A stretch of DNA of 64,000 bases, taken from contig DASPLI010000001.1 of the NCBI GenBank assembly GCA_035627655.1, positions 665,605-729,604 of the forward strand. The letters run 5' to 3'. Origin of the DNA: Minisyncoccota bacterium. GTDB lineage: Bacteria > Patescibacteriota > Minisyncoccia > Phycocordibacterales > Phycocordibacteraceae. The position numbers were made by a program, and so were the translations under genes. Of the stretch, positions 28,464-37,725 are shown one piece after another (position 1 is the first letter of the stretch; every line of letters begins with the position of its first letter). Under the pieces are notes generated by a model. The model searched no databases. It saw nothing but the letters and a program-made list of their open reading frames with translations, and had not been told where the DNA came from.

Positions 28464-29258
28464 ATGGATAAGGGCATTAGCTGGGTGAAGAAATATTGGG
28501 CGCTAAGCATTATTTTGGTGGTTATTCTCGTGTTCCTGGGTGCCTATCTCGCCGGGTTCCGTCTTGGCGCTGGCGGCATTGTTCGCGTCGGCTCTGCCGA
28601 GATCCGCGGCATTCCTGAAGGCTCAAAGATTTACGTAGATGAGGCCCGCCTCGTTACCGCAAAGAAAGACGTCACGCAGGTTTATCTCAAACCGGGCGCT
28701 CACTCGGTCATTGTTGATGTTGAAGAGATGCAGCCGTGGAATGAAGTGTTCACGGTTGAGGAAGGCAAAGCTACCGTGCTTCACCCGATTGCAGTACGAA
28801 AGAGCGTACTTCGCGAGACTGTCGAACCGGGCGAGCACGCAAGCGCACGCGGAACCCTAAGCCAGCACCCGATCCCAACCGCGGAGAAGCCGCTGCTGCT
28901 TCAGGATGGCTGCGTTTCTACCTATGTCTCGCAGGGTCGCATTATCGCAAGCGCAACCACGACGCCTGGCTGCACGCCGCCGCCGTATCTCGCTTGCCTT
29001 CCCCAAGAAGGAGCAGCCTGTCCGCCGACTCTTATATTCGCGCCAACCGGCACTATTCGCTCAGTCGTGAAGTACCCGGGCCGTGAAGACGCACTCGTGG
29101 TCGCGTCCGGCACGCTTTCCTATGTCGTCGAGCTTGATCCGCGCGAGCCGCAGTTCTTCTCGCCTGTGCTTCGAAACGGCAATATCCGCATCGCTCCGCT
29201 TACGGACGGCGTTCTCCTTATTGAAGAAGCCGGCGCGTACTATAGGATTACGTTATGA
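28464..29258 (+). CDS. Membrane-anchored PEGA-like domain protein
   Basis: TM then IPEGSKIYVD...LKPGAHSVIV...PW PEGA-type pattern. Confidence 0.6.
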   Translation: MDKGISWVKKYWALSIILVVILVFLGAYLAGFRLGAGGIVRVGSAEIRGIPEGSKIYVDEARLVTAKKDVTQVYLKPGAHSVIVDVEEMQPWNEVFTVEEGKATVLHPIAVRKSVLRETVEPGEHASARGTLSQHPIPTAEKPLLLQDGCVSTYVSQGRIIASATTTPGCTPPPYLACLPQEGAACPPTLIFAPTGTIRSVVKYPGREDALVVASGTLSYVVELDPREPQFFSPVLRNGNIRIAPLTDGVLLIEEAGAYYRITL

Positions 29259-29536
29259 AGCACATCGGCGACCTCGTCCCTAAACTGACGACCGGCGCCG
29301 CTCGCAAAACGGAACGCGGCGAGCTCATGCGTTATTTTGTTGCGCATCTCAACGCTTCCCGCGCGAAAGTAAAGCTTCCCATGATCACCATGGCCCGCAT
29401 GGGCAAGATTCTGGAAGGCATACCGACCAAAGATCTCTACTACCTCAAGAGCGTTTGCGACAAAGCGAAGAATTTCAGCAAGAAATTCTGGTGGGAAGTG
29501 GATCCGAAGAAGCACATGGCGGAGAATCCGTTCTAG
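29255..29536 (+). CDS. Hypothetical protein
   Basis: ATGA overlap with upstream gene; basic helical protein ending FSKKFWW. Confidence 0.65.
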   Translation: MKHIGDLVPKLTTGAARKTERGELMRYFVAHLNASRAKVKLPMITMARMGKILEGIPTKDLYYLKSVCDKAKNFSKKFWWEVDPKKHMAENPF

Positions 29537-29571
29537 CTTTCCTATACGCCGAGTGTTGTTATAGTGCGCAT

Positions 29572-30096
29572 ATGAAGCCTATCGTCCAAAACGGCGACCC
29601 CGTGCTGCGGGAGAAAGCAGCGCCGGTTGAAGACCGGCTCTTCGGCACGAAAGAACTCCAGGACATGGTTGATGCTATGGCAGTCGCCCTTGATGCAGAG
29701 CCGGATGGCGTTGCGATTGCTGCTCCACAGATTGGTCTCGGGAAGCGCATCTTCCTGGTGCGCCACGACCGCCTTCTGCCGCCGCCCGCAGAAGGTACCC
29801 CGCCGTACCCGGTAGAGCTTGGTGTATTCATAAACCCGGAGATAACGAAGACGTCGCGCCGCATGGTGGAGATGGATGAGGGCTGCCTTTCGGTGCGCGG
29901 TACCTATGGACGCACCATGCGGCACGAGCGTGCGAGCGTGCGAGCGCGAGATGTCGACGGTAACGTCTTTGAGCGCGGCGGGGGCGGCGTGCTTGCCCAA
30001 GCATTCCAGCACGAGATTGACCACCTCGACGGCATTCTCTTTATTGATCACGCGCACGACTTCTACGAGCACGTGCATAGTCCAATCGATGAGTAA
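29572..30096 (+). CDS. def: Peptide deformylase
   Basis: GVAIAAPQIG, EGCLS, QHEIDHLDG. Confidence 0.97.
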   Translation: MKPIVQNGDPVLREKAAPVEDRLFGTKELQDMVDAMAVALDAEPDGVAIAAPQIGLGKRIFLVRHDRLLPPPAEGTPPYPVELGVFINPEITKTSRRMVEMDEGCLSVRGTYGRTMRHERASVRARDVDGNVFERGGGGVLAQAFQHEIDHLDGILFIDHAHDFYEHVHSPIDE

Positions 30097-30928
30097 GCCT
30101 TTTCTCTTTTTCGGTACGCCGTATGTCGCTCGCGACACACTCGCTGCGCTCGTTGCAGCTGGCTACGTTCCAAAGGCGGTTGTTACCGCACCGGATGCGC
30201 CACGCGGACGAGGCCAGATCGTCACGCCTTGCGAAACGAAGACCTGGGCGCTTGAGCACGATCTGCCAGTTCTTACACCCACAACACTCGATGCGGCAGC
30301 CATCGAAGAGCTGCGGGCGCTTGGTGCTGAGTACGCGATCGTTGTCGCCTACGGAAAAATCATGCCGCAAACACTTATCGACTCCTTCCCGCTTGGCGTC
30401 CTTAACGTCCATTATTCTCTGCTCCCTAAGTACCGCGGCGCCTCCCCGGTTGAAGCGGCGCTTCTCCATAACGAATCAGTCACCGGCGTCTCAATACAGC
30501 AGATGGTGTTCAAGCTTGACGCTGGCGACGTGCTTGCGACAAAAGAGGTCGCTATCGATCCTTTGGAAACAACCCGTGAGCTGCGTCCGCGCCTTATTGA
30601 AGCGGGCGCGCAGCTCCTTATCGATACTCTCCCTGCCTTTGAAGCGGGAACCGTCACCAGAACGCCGCAGGACGAGAATCAGGCGACGCACACTAAGAAA
30701 ATACGCAAAGAAGACGGTTTGCTTTCCCTTTCCGGAGACGCGCAGGAAAACTGGAATAAGTACCGTGCCTATGCAGAATCTCCAGGAACGTACTTTTTCA
30801 TGCAGCGCGGGGACACGCAGATTCGCGTCAAAATAAAGACGGCGAACTACAAAGATGGGCGCTTTATTCCTCTTCGCGTTGTACCTGAAGGAAAGAAGGA
30901 AACCGACTACCGCTCCCTAGCCAATTGA
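30089..30928 (+). CDS. fmt: Methionyl-tRNA formyltransferase
   Basis: FFGTP, VVAYGKI, NVHYSLLPKYRGASP, LDAGD. Confidence 0.96.
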   Translation: MSKPFLFFGTPYVARDTLAALVAAGYVPKAVVTAPDAPRGRGQIVTPCETKTWALEHDLPVLTPTTLDAAAIEELRALGAEYAIVVAYGKIMPQTLIDSFPLGVLNVHYSLLPKYRGASPVEAALLHNESVTGVSIQQMVFKLDAGDVLATKEVAIDPLETTRELRPRLIEAGAQLLIDTLPAFEAGTVTRTPQDENQATHTKKIRKEDGLLSLSGDAQENWNKYRAYAESPGTYFFMQRGDTQIRVKIKTANYKDGRFIPLRVVPEGKKETDYRSLAN

Positions 30929-31135
30929 AAATAGCTTCTTAGGTGAGCGATGCCCGGAGAGAAGCTGCACTTTCCCGACAGGCAGACTAAACTCTTCCGC
31001 AAGAAGTTCTCGAACACGACTGTTTGCCAGATTGCGTTCTGCCGGTTCGCGGACAGAAATGGAGTATATAGCCTCTTCCGTACGGATAACGGATTCTTTT
31101 CTGGCCCCGGGCCGTACGGTAACGCGCACGTACAT
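30917..31135 (-). CDS. DUF167/YggU family protein
   Basis: V.VRPGA...V.EPAE.N.AN...GH.S..K. Confidence 0.85.
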   Translation of the reverse strand: MYVRVTVRPGARKESVIRTEEAIYSISVREPAERNLANSRVRELLAEEFSLPVGKVQLLSGHRSPKKLFSIG

Positions 31136-31137
31136 AA

Positions 31138-31497
31138 CTAGCGGTCGAATCCGCGCAAGAGATTCTTGAATGCGTTTCCGCTTCGGTGTAGAAGACTCTT
31201 CCCTTTTCCTTTGGCACGACTCACCTCCCGTGCAACATCACGCATGACGGTCGTGACCGCGTGGTCCAGTTTGGCTTTTGTCGATTCTGCACGATAGGTG
31301 CCGTCGCTGGTGACCGTGAGCACCGCGCGCCAGATGTCGCCGGCGTTCTGGTTCCCAACCGCAAGCTCAAGATCCAGGTGCGCGAGCGCTGTATCCGGCA
31401 GCATCTTCGCTATACGCTCTATCTGTCGGTTTGCCTGTTCGATAATGTCTGGGGTTGGCTCGTAGCGCGTGCCTTTGATCGTGAGGTTCATAGACAA
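31138..31497 (-). CDS. Ribosome hibernation factor HPF/RaiA-like (short)
   Basis: MNLTIKGT..E.T..I N-terminus; S30AE-like length. Confidence 0.7.
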   Translation of the reverse strand: MSMNLTIKGTRYEPTPDIIEQANRQIERIAKMLPDTALAHLDLELAVGNQNAGDIWRAVLTVTSDGTYRAESTKAKLDHAVTTVMRDVAREVSRAKGKGKSLLHRSGNAFKNLLRGFDR

Positions 31498-31576
31498 GTT
31501 AGTATATGATACCGAACCGATTCTAAAGTGTGGATGAGTTGCCGAAATGGCTATTTTGGCTAGAATGCCCTTACAT

Positions 31577-31648
31577 TCCGCGATAGCTCAATGGTAGAGC
31601 AGCTCCCTGTTAAGGAGTTGGTTCCAGGTTCGAGTCCTGGTCGCGGAG
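31577..31648 (+). tRNA. tRNA-Asn(GTT)
   Basis: TCCGCGATAGCTCAATGGTAGAGC...CTGTTAA...GGTTCGAGTCC...CGCGGAG; -10 TAGAAT upstream. Confidence 0.96.
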
Positions 31649-31654
31649 CAAGAC

Positions 31655-31686
31655 AGGATTTTGAGAGTAGGTTTCTCTCAAATCCT
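31655..31686. terminator. Hairpin after tRNA-Asn
   Basis: AGGATTTTGAGAG...CTCTCAAATCCT. Confidence 0.6.
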
Positions 31687-31763
31687 CAAGGTTTTCCTTA
31701 CTATCTATCGGTTCGAACCGATCATTAAGCTCTCGCGCTATAGGCGCGACGGTTTCAAGACGC

Positions 31764-34091
31764 CTAAGCCTCGACTTTAACCTGCGCTTCTGCCTCAGCA
31801 GTCAAGCGCATCTGCACCGGTAGTAGCGCATCGAATTTGTTAACTACTTGCGAGTAGAGATCGATCGATTTATCTGACAGCTCAACTGAGAGGATTATCG
31901 CAAACTTAATTTTCTCAGTTATATTGCGCTGTCCTCTAGCCAATGCATGAACATGGAAGACCGGGTTCGATACGCCAGATGTTCGCTTATTCACGAGTCT
32001 GCAATCAACGCTGTCCCACTTCATTTCCTTCCTGAGGTCCTCTTCTGAGCTATAAGGATTTGGGCCATTCTGATTCACAGGAAATGCAGACTGTTTCCAT
32101 CCATCAGCCACAAGCTTCGCCACGAGAGCGGGATCTTTTGATACATTGACGCGCTTCTTCTCTGTCTTACCCGCAGCGCTCTTTCTGGAGAATTCGTACT
32201 GCGCCCCATCAGGATAAAAAGCAACCATTATCGAAGACGACGTGTAGTCGTCAGGGCTCTGAGGGTCGATTTTTGTGCATACCACCGAAGTCCACCGGAA
32301 GAGAGCTTCTCCTGAAGAGATTCCTTCTATCCACGGAATCTTGAACTCGGCATATTTGCCGGGCAGCAATTCGGCTTCGTAAATCAAGGTATAGGTTCCT
32401 TTCTCGCATGTAACAATGTCCTGAAGATTCTCCGTGAGAATTCCGTGGCCCAATTCGTTACTGTGCCCATCTCTCTTGTTTGATACAGCTGAATGAATGA
32501 GCATCGCCCTACCGGTCAGAGGACCTATTGCGCCTCTACTGTACCCGATCAAATGGCCTGCATAACGAGAAACTATAGGGGTGGCGAAACTTGTACCCCC
32601 TCGACTCAACACCTTTTCGTCTGCCTTCCCACCCACAAGATGTATTGGGGTTTGGTCGCACCCTCCAAAAGCTACTAGATCCGGCTTCATCTTGTTTCCC
32701 TCGCGGCCGGGTCCAACACAACTGTACGGGGCCTTAAGTATTTTTCCGTCTCTCTTCGTATATGCGCCAACTCCAAGGCCATTAACCATATCGGAGGGAG
32801 ACTGAATACGCTTCAGGTAATCGGGAGTCCTACTTCCATCGTTGCCGACAGCGGAGTTGAAAAGTACGTTCTCCTTCTCCGCGAGGAGATCGCAGGCAAA
32901 AGTAAAGCGGCCTATCGCATCATCCAGAATCGGCTCTGCTGGACCGATACTTAGGTTGTAGACCCTAATGTCCTTGTTCTTTGGAACCGTATCCTCAATA
33001 GCGTCGATTATCTCGTAGATATCAGGCTGTGCAGTGTCATCAGCGGGTAGCACCCTGAAATTACGCACCGCAAGCGTGGGGCGCGGAAGCTCAACCCCAT
33101 CAGGATATTGATTCAAGGGACCGTATAAAATAGCTCCGGTTACTTGCGTCCCGTGATCTACAAACGTCGGATTAGCGGGAAGTCTCGTAAGATCGATTCC
33201 GTCCGCAAAGTGAGATGTGTAAGGGTTATTTGCCTGAAGTCCACCGTCGAATACACCGATCACAACGTCCGACTTTTCGGTCGAAGTTGGAGGTAGCGGT
33301 GCACCTGAAACAGGTTGACCTCGAGTAATGATGGCGAAGTCGCGCATCTCTAGGGGATGTGCGGTTCTAAGAGGATTGAAATCCGACAGGGTCTTTAGGA
33401 TTGAACGGTTACCCCAAAGACTCACGAACGTTACTCCTGATTCGTACTGCTTGTACTTAATACTGGTGTCGGCCACTCCCGCCTTAGTCGCTACTTCGAG
33501 GAAGTTTTTAATTACGAGCTCTCTGTCCAACTTGAACGGATGCAATACAGCTTCTAGCCTGCCTTCACGCCAGTCATCAGGAATACCGAGAATCTGCTCG
33601 GATGATTCGAGTGTATCGACTGCATGTATTTTTCTTATGTCCGTCTTGAAGTTTTCATGCAAACTGCTTTCGGCTTGATTCAAACGGCTCTCGAAGCGGG
33701 CAAGTCCCTGTTCGGTGGCTCTAACGAAGAGAAGCTTTCCTGCATTAACCTCAGAGCCTCTCCTGCCCGTTTGACGCCATACGCGCGACCCCACATCCTC
33801 AAAGCCACTATTCGGTGCTGCTGCCGGGAACAACGTTTCCGGATAATAACTTTTTGCGGAAAAGGCAGGATCAAGTCTTAGACAGAAGATAAATTCGTTC
33901 GGCATTCTATTTTCAGCCGACAGACTAAGCACCTTTTCTTTTGTTGCCTTAATTCCGCCAAGCACACGCTCTCGCGCTTCTGCATACGAGGCGCGAGGCT
34001 CTTTTTGTCTGCCGCCTGCGGTCTTTGTTATAGGCTTGGTATAAACCTCACCTTTATAGAGTATTGGTCGCCTGTTTTCGTTTTCGCTCAT
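31764..34091 (-). CDS. S8 subtilisin-like serine peptidase (IetS-like)
   Basis: Catalytic D (GVFDGG), H (DHGTQVTG), oxyanion N (AVGNDG), S (GTSFATP); KPDLVAFGG; no signal peptide. Confidence 0.88.
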   Translation of the reverse strand: MSENENRRPILYKGEVYTKPITKTAGGRQKEPRASYAEARERVLGGIKATKEKVLSLSAENRMPNEFIFCLRLDPAFSAKSYYPETLFPAAAPNSGFEDVGSRVWRQTGRRGSEVNAGKLLFVRATEQGLARFESRLNQAESSLHENFKTDIRKIHAVDTLESSEQILGIPDDWREGRLEAVLHPFKLDRELVIKNFLEVATKAGVADTSIKYKQYESGVTFVSLWGNRSILKTLSDFNPLRTAHPLEMRDFAIITRGQPVSGAPLPPTSTEKSDVVIGVFDGGLQANNPYTSHFADGIDLTRLPANPTFVDHGTQVTGAILYGPLNQYPDGVELPRPTLAVRNFRVLPADDTAQPDIYEIIDAIEDTVPKNKDIRVYNLSIGPAEPILDDAIGRFTFACDLLAEKENVLFNSAVGNDGSRTPDYLKRIQSPSDMVNGLGVGAYTKRDGKILKAPYSCVGPGREGNKMKPDLVAFGGCDQTPIHLVGGKADEKVLSRGGTSFATPIVSRYAGHLIGYSRGAIGPLTGRAMLIHSAVSNKRDGHSNELGHGILTENLQDIVTCEKGTYTLIYEAELLPGKYAEFKIPWIEGISSGEALFRWTSVVCTKIDPQSPDDYTSSSIMVAFYPDGAQYEFSRKSAAGKTEKKRVNVSKDPALVAKLVADGWKQSAFPVNQNGPNPYSSEEDLRKEMKWDSVDCRLVNKRTSGVSNPVFHVHALARGQRNITEKIKFAIILSVELSDKSIDLYSQVVNKFDALLPVQMRLTAEAEAQVKVEA

Positions 34092-35212
34092 ACCTTCGTC
34101 TTAGAGATGTGGTGCTGAACGCCTGCTGGACTGAGTCCAGTTATCTCCCCAAGTTCACGAACAGTAATTTTATCCCCCAGAACTTGCTTCGCCGCAATAC
34201 AGAACTCTCCACGAATCTTCTTGTCTCCAGTCTGAATCTCGAGCTCGTGAAGCGCAGCAACCCCCGGATTTTCTTTCTTCAAGACGATTCTTCGCTTCAC
34301 GCTGTCGGAGAATTTGCAGATATTTGCAGGACTCTTACCATCCAACAACTTGGATATTGGCTCCATTAGTGATGCATAGTCCTCAGAAAGGAAGTCGCCT
34401 AGCTGTTTTTGCAGCAATGTAAGGCGCTCGGGAGCATCAGGATTTGGAATTTCTATCGCATGGTCGAATCGTCTCCATATCGCTCGATCTAGTAGCTCAG
34501 GATGATTGCTTGTAGCGATAACCACAGAAGACACCGGCCAACTTTCAAGCTCCATAAGGAGTACGTTCACGACGCGCTTTATCTCACCAAGATCTGTAGA
34601 GTCATCTCGCTTTTTAGCAATTGCGTCAAATTCGTCGAGTAACAAAACAGCCTGAGCTTCCTTTGCGTATTGAAGAACGCGCTTTAGGTTTTGTCCCGTC
34701 TTTCCCAAAAGACTTGAGATGCTGCTCGATAAATCAAGTACCACGAGCGGCTTATCTAAAGCTGAAGCTATGTATCGAGCCAGCATGGTCTTACCAGTTC
34801 CCGGCTGGCCGGTTAGCAAAAGACTAGTCGAGGGCAATATTCCGCTCTCCATCAAGAGCGACATGCTTTTCCGCTCTTCCAGAAACGTCTGAACTCTATC
34901 TTCAAGAAGTGGTTCAAGAACTGGTGCGCGATGCACTTCGAGATTTGGAGGAATAATCGTAACCATTTCCAAATGACTCTCAGAATCAACAGGAACAGGA
35001 TCTGATACACCTCGGGTCAAAGTCCCTCCGAGCGAATAAGACGAGATCACGTCGATGATTCTCTTAGATAGCTTTGGATTCTGCTTCCGATACAAGCGAG
35101 AAAGAATGAGGGCGAGGGATTCCGCATCATTCGGTTTCCTTTCGAGCGCAGATACAATCAAATCAACTAGCACCTTATCTGCGTCCACCCTTTCCTTGTT
35201 CGGTTTATCCAT
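34088..35212 (-). CDS. AAA+ ATPase (IetA-like) with C-terminal HTH
   Basis: GQPGTGKT, LLLDEFDAIA, ATSN, LDRAIWRRFD; ATGA overlap with peptidase; C-terminal TVRELGEITGLSPAGVQHH. Confidence 0.9.
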   Translation of the reverse strand: MDKPNKERVDADKVLVDLIVSALERKPNDAESLALILSRLYRKQNPKLSKRIIDVISSYSLGGTLTRGVSDPVPVDSESHLEMVTIIPPNLEVHRAPVLEPLLEDRVQTFLEERKSMSLLMESGILPSTSLLLTGQPGTGKTMLARYIASALDKPLVVLDLSSSISSLLGKTGQNLKRVLQYAKEAQAVLLLDEFDAIAKKRDDSTDLGEIKRVVNVLLMELESWPVSSVVIATSNHPELLDRAIWRRFDHAIEIPNPDAPERLTLLQKQLGDFLSEDYASLMEPISKLLDGKSPANICKFSDSVKRRIVLKKENPGVAALHELEIQTGDKKIRGEFCIAAKQVLGDKITVRELGEITGLSPAGVQHHISKTKV

Positions 35213-35765
35213 GTATCTAAAATATTACTGTACAGAAGGTAAAAATAATATGTATATAAGCCATATCACTCTGTTCGGTATATATAATACTACGTCTAAT
35301 AGCCTGACAGACCCCTATCCGTGTGGATAAAAGATACGGCGCATGAACTAGTGAAGATTGTGTACGTCTCAGGAGCTCAAGACACGAGCGAGGTTCTAAC
35401 GTAATCCAGCCAGCGGAGCAGACTTCTGGTGTACCAGGGATCAGGCCCGCACCTCCCTACGAATCGCCCGCACGCCAAAAAGCAGGAGACTTCTCTTCTG
35501 CATGTCTTCAAGCACGCGATACTCGCCCGCTAACTGAATCTTATTTTCAAGCGGTTCTGGTCTCCATAAGTAGAAGAGTTCATATTCTTTCGTGAAATAC
35601 GGTCGCAATTTTTGAGTCATGAGGAGCAAGGTTAGATAAGTGTTAACCCTACCGTTATAAGCATGTGCGTTTGGTTAAGAATATTTGACATAAGTAAATA
35701 ATATGGTATTGTTGCCACCGGCAACAGATCTTCACTAACCCAACTTCCAAGAAAGGAGGTGTTCG

Positions 35766-36419
35766 ATGTCGTTTGCCAAAAAGACGATCACGGACCTCCT
35801 CTTTGGGGTCCAGCTCGTCGGAGCAGTCATTTTTTGCGGCGCGCAATTCCTGCGTTCGCTTGAGGACGTGCACGGCGTCAGTATCGTTCAGTTCGCTCTC
35901 GCGACAGCCTTTGTGGTGTTTAACTTGTTTCTCGGGATCGGCGCACATCGTGCGCAACCGAGTCGAGTGACGCTGCAGGCTATCGTGACGTACGTCGTGT
36001 GGGTCGTTATGCTCACCGCCGTCGTGCTCGCAGTTGGATTCAACCGCGAGTACGTCTGGAGCGTACAAGATACGATTATTCTGGTGGTCGCTGCCCTCCT
36101 CACGGTCGGCACACTTGGACTTGGTGCGCTTCAACGCAAGCCAGTCCGCGACCCCATGACGCTTGCCCTCCTCGCGATCGCAAGCAAAAGCGTCCCGCAA
36201 CTATTTCTGGTCTGGACCATCCTTGAACAGGGTGGCTCAGGCATTCCGGCGGCGAGCATTATTGTCGGTCACTGCACCATTCTTATCCGTCTCGGCCAAA
36301 TCTACTTCATGGTCCGAGAAGCAGGATGGGAGCGGAATCGGGTGTGGCTTGCGGTTAGCGAAAGCGCTGCAGAAATCACCTGGTTAGCAGCAACCGCTGC
36401 ATGGCTCGTTATGCTCTGA
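35766..36419 (+). CDS. 7-TM membrane protein, PQ-loop/SWEET-like
   Basis: Seven hydrophobic segments; repeats AQFLRSLEDVHGVS and PQLFLVWTILEQGGSGIP; TTGACA promoter, AAAGGAGGT SD, terminator at ~36419-36447. Confidence 0.6.
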   Translation: MSFAKKTITDLLFGVQLVGAVIFCGAQFLRSLEDVHGVSIVQFALATAFVVFNLFLGIGAHRAQPSRVTLQAIVTYVVWVVMLTAVVLAVGFNREYVWSVQDTIILVVAALLTVGTLGLGALQRKPVRDPMTLALLAIASKSVPQLFLVWTILEQGGSGIPAASIIVGHCTILIRLGQIYFMVREAGWERNRVWLAVSESAAEITWLAATAAWLVML

Positions 36420-36475
36420 AGCCCGCGTCTTACGAGGACGCGGGCTTCTCTTTTTCACGATGCTACAATCCGCCC

Positions 36476-36895
36476 ATGCCTAACCCCATACGCACCGTCG
36501 GCGTTGTCGTGTTTTCTCATACGGACGTACTCCTCGTTCGCCATGGCGCAAGCTCAAAACATCTTACCGATACGTATGGCCTCCCTGCGGGACGCGTCGA
36601 GGAGGGAGAGACAAGTGTTGAAGCAGCGCTGCGCGAGCTTGAAGAAGAAACCGGACTCACCGCCACAAAAGATGACCTTATTGAAATCCCGAAAACGTAC
36701 GAGGCCGTACTGGAGCGGAAGGACGAGGCAAAGCATTTTGTAATGACCGCCTTTCGTCTCGACCGTTTTAGCGGAACACTCCAGGAGACAAGCGAAACAA
36801 AACCGGAATGGGTTTCCCTATCCGATCTTGATGCATATCCCCTCATTCCGAACGTAGCAAACGCTATTCGCGATGCACGAGAACTAACGCCATAA
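36476..36895 (+). CDS. NUDIX hydrolase
   Basis: Nudix box GRVEEGETSVEAALRELEEETGL. Confidence 0.92.
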   Translation: MPNPIRTVGVVVFSHTDVLLVRHGASSKHLTDTYGLPAGRVEEGETSVEAALRELEEETGLTATKDDLIEIPKTYEAVLERKDEAKHFVMTAFRLDRFSGTLQETSETKPEWVSLSDLDAYPLIPNVANAIRDARELTP

Positions 36896-37054
36896 CTAGT
36901 GCTTATCTTTCTGAACTGATCTTGAAGCTTCCATCACTACCCCAAGAGTAATTCCTATCGCTATACCGATCGGTAGGTTATCAAGCGCACTACCAATACC
37001 AGCGCCAAGCGCGACGCCAATTGCAATTCCGTAGCCCGGAGTGAGATCTTTCAT
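36896..37054 (-). CDS. 52-aa glycine-zipper small membrane protein (absent from ORF track)
   Basis: MKDLTPGYGIAIGVALGAGIGSALDNLPIGIAIGITLGVVMEASRSVQKDKH. Confidence 0.6.
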   Translation of the reverse strand: MKDLTPGYGIAIGVALGAGIGSALDNLPIGIAIGITLGVVMEASRSVQKDKH

Positions 37055-37140
37055 ACATATCACTTATATATCTCCAGTGGTGAGAACTACGTGAGTACAA
37101 CATTCATCAACACGTCAGCTCTACTGCGTACAGTATGTGT

Positions 37141-37290
37141 ATGACAAAAATTGATTCTCTTCTTGCGGGAGTTGGCATAGGCATCCTTGTTACGAACCTT
37201 TTCCTCAAACTGTTTGATATATCGTGGCTCCTTATCAGTATCGGCGTCGTACTGCTACTTATTTCTGGCGCACGGAGCTTGCAGAAGTAG
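37141..37290 (+). CDS. 49-aa 2-TM small protein (absent from ORF track)
   Basis: MTKIDSLLAGVGIGILVTNLFLKLFDISWLLISIGVVLLLISGARSLQK. Confidence 0.5.
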   Translation: MTKIDSLLAGVGIGILVTNLFLKLFDISWLLISIGVVLLLISGARSLQK

Positions 37291-37367
37291 AGCCTATTTG
37301 ACATTACAGTATATGTATGTAATTATATATAACGGTAGATTGTTCTACCGCAGTACGGAGTACGCAC

Positions 37368-37619
37368 ATGGACTTCATTGCGACCTACTGGTACGTCTGG
37401 GCCATCGTTCTGGTGATTTCGATCGTCTACGCGACGATCAACCAGGTCGGGCGGTTCAAGCGCGTCAGTGCAAGCATCGAATCCGGCTCCGCGGACGGCG
37501 CCTTCGGCAACGTGACCAAGGGCATGGGTTCGCTCGTTATCGCCGGCCTCATCAGCTGGGCGTCGGGCATCCTGCTCTTGATCGCGATCGTGATCCACGC
37601 CATCCGCTACTTCGCCTAA
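37368..37619 (+). CDS. 2-TM hypothetical membrane protein
   Basis: TTGACA in AT-rich upstream, GGAG SD, hairpin GGGCCCCAAGA...TCTTGGGGCCC. Confidence 0.7.
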   Translation: MDFIATYWYVWAIVLVISIVYATINQVGRFKRVSASIESGSADGAFGNVTKGMGSLVIAGLISWASGILLLIAIVIHAIRYFA

Positions 37620-37725
37620 CGGCGCGGGCCCCAAGACTCTCCTCTTGGGGCCCAAGTTCGTTTAAGCCCGTCCTCATCCAGCCTTCATGATCAGTGCCTG
37701 AAACTAGGGACAGTGCACCGAAACC

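Noticed and set aside
15801-35330. Replication origin suggested by DnaA boxes
   Set aside because: Only two isolated perfect boxes 19.5 kb apart, no cluster and no dnaA in the window
35441-35629. Short minus-strand ORF at the island edge
   Set aside because: No SD or recognisable motif; could be a gene remnant but cannot be supported
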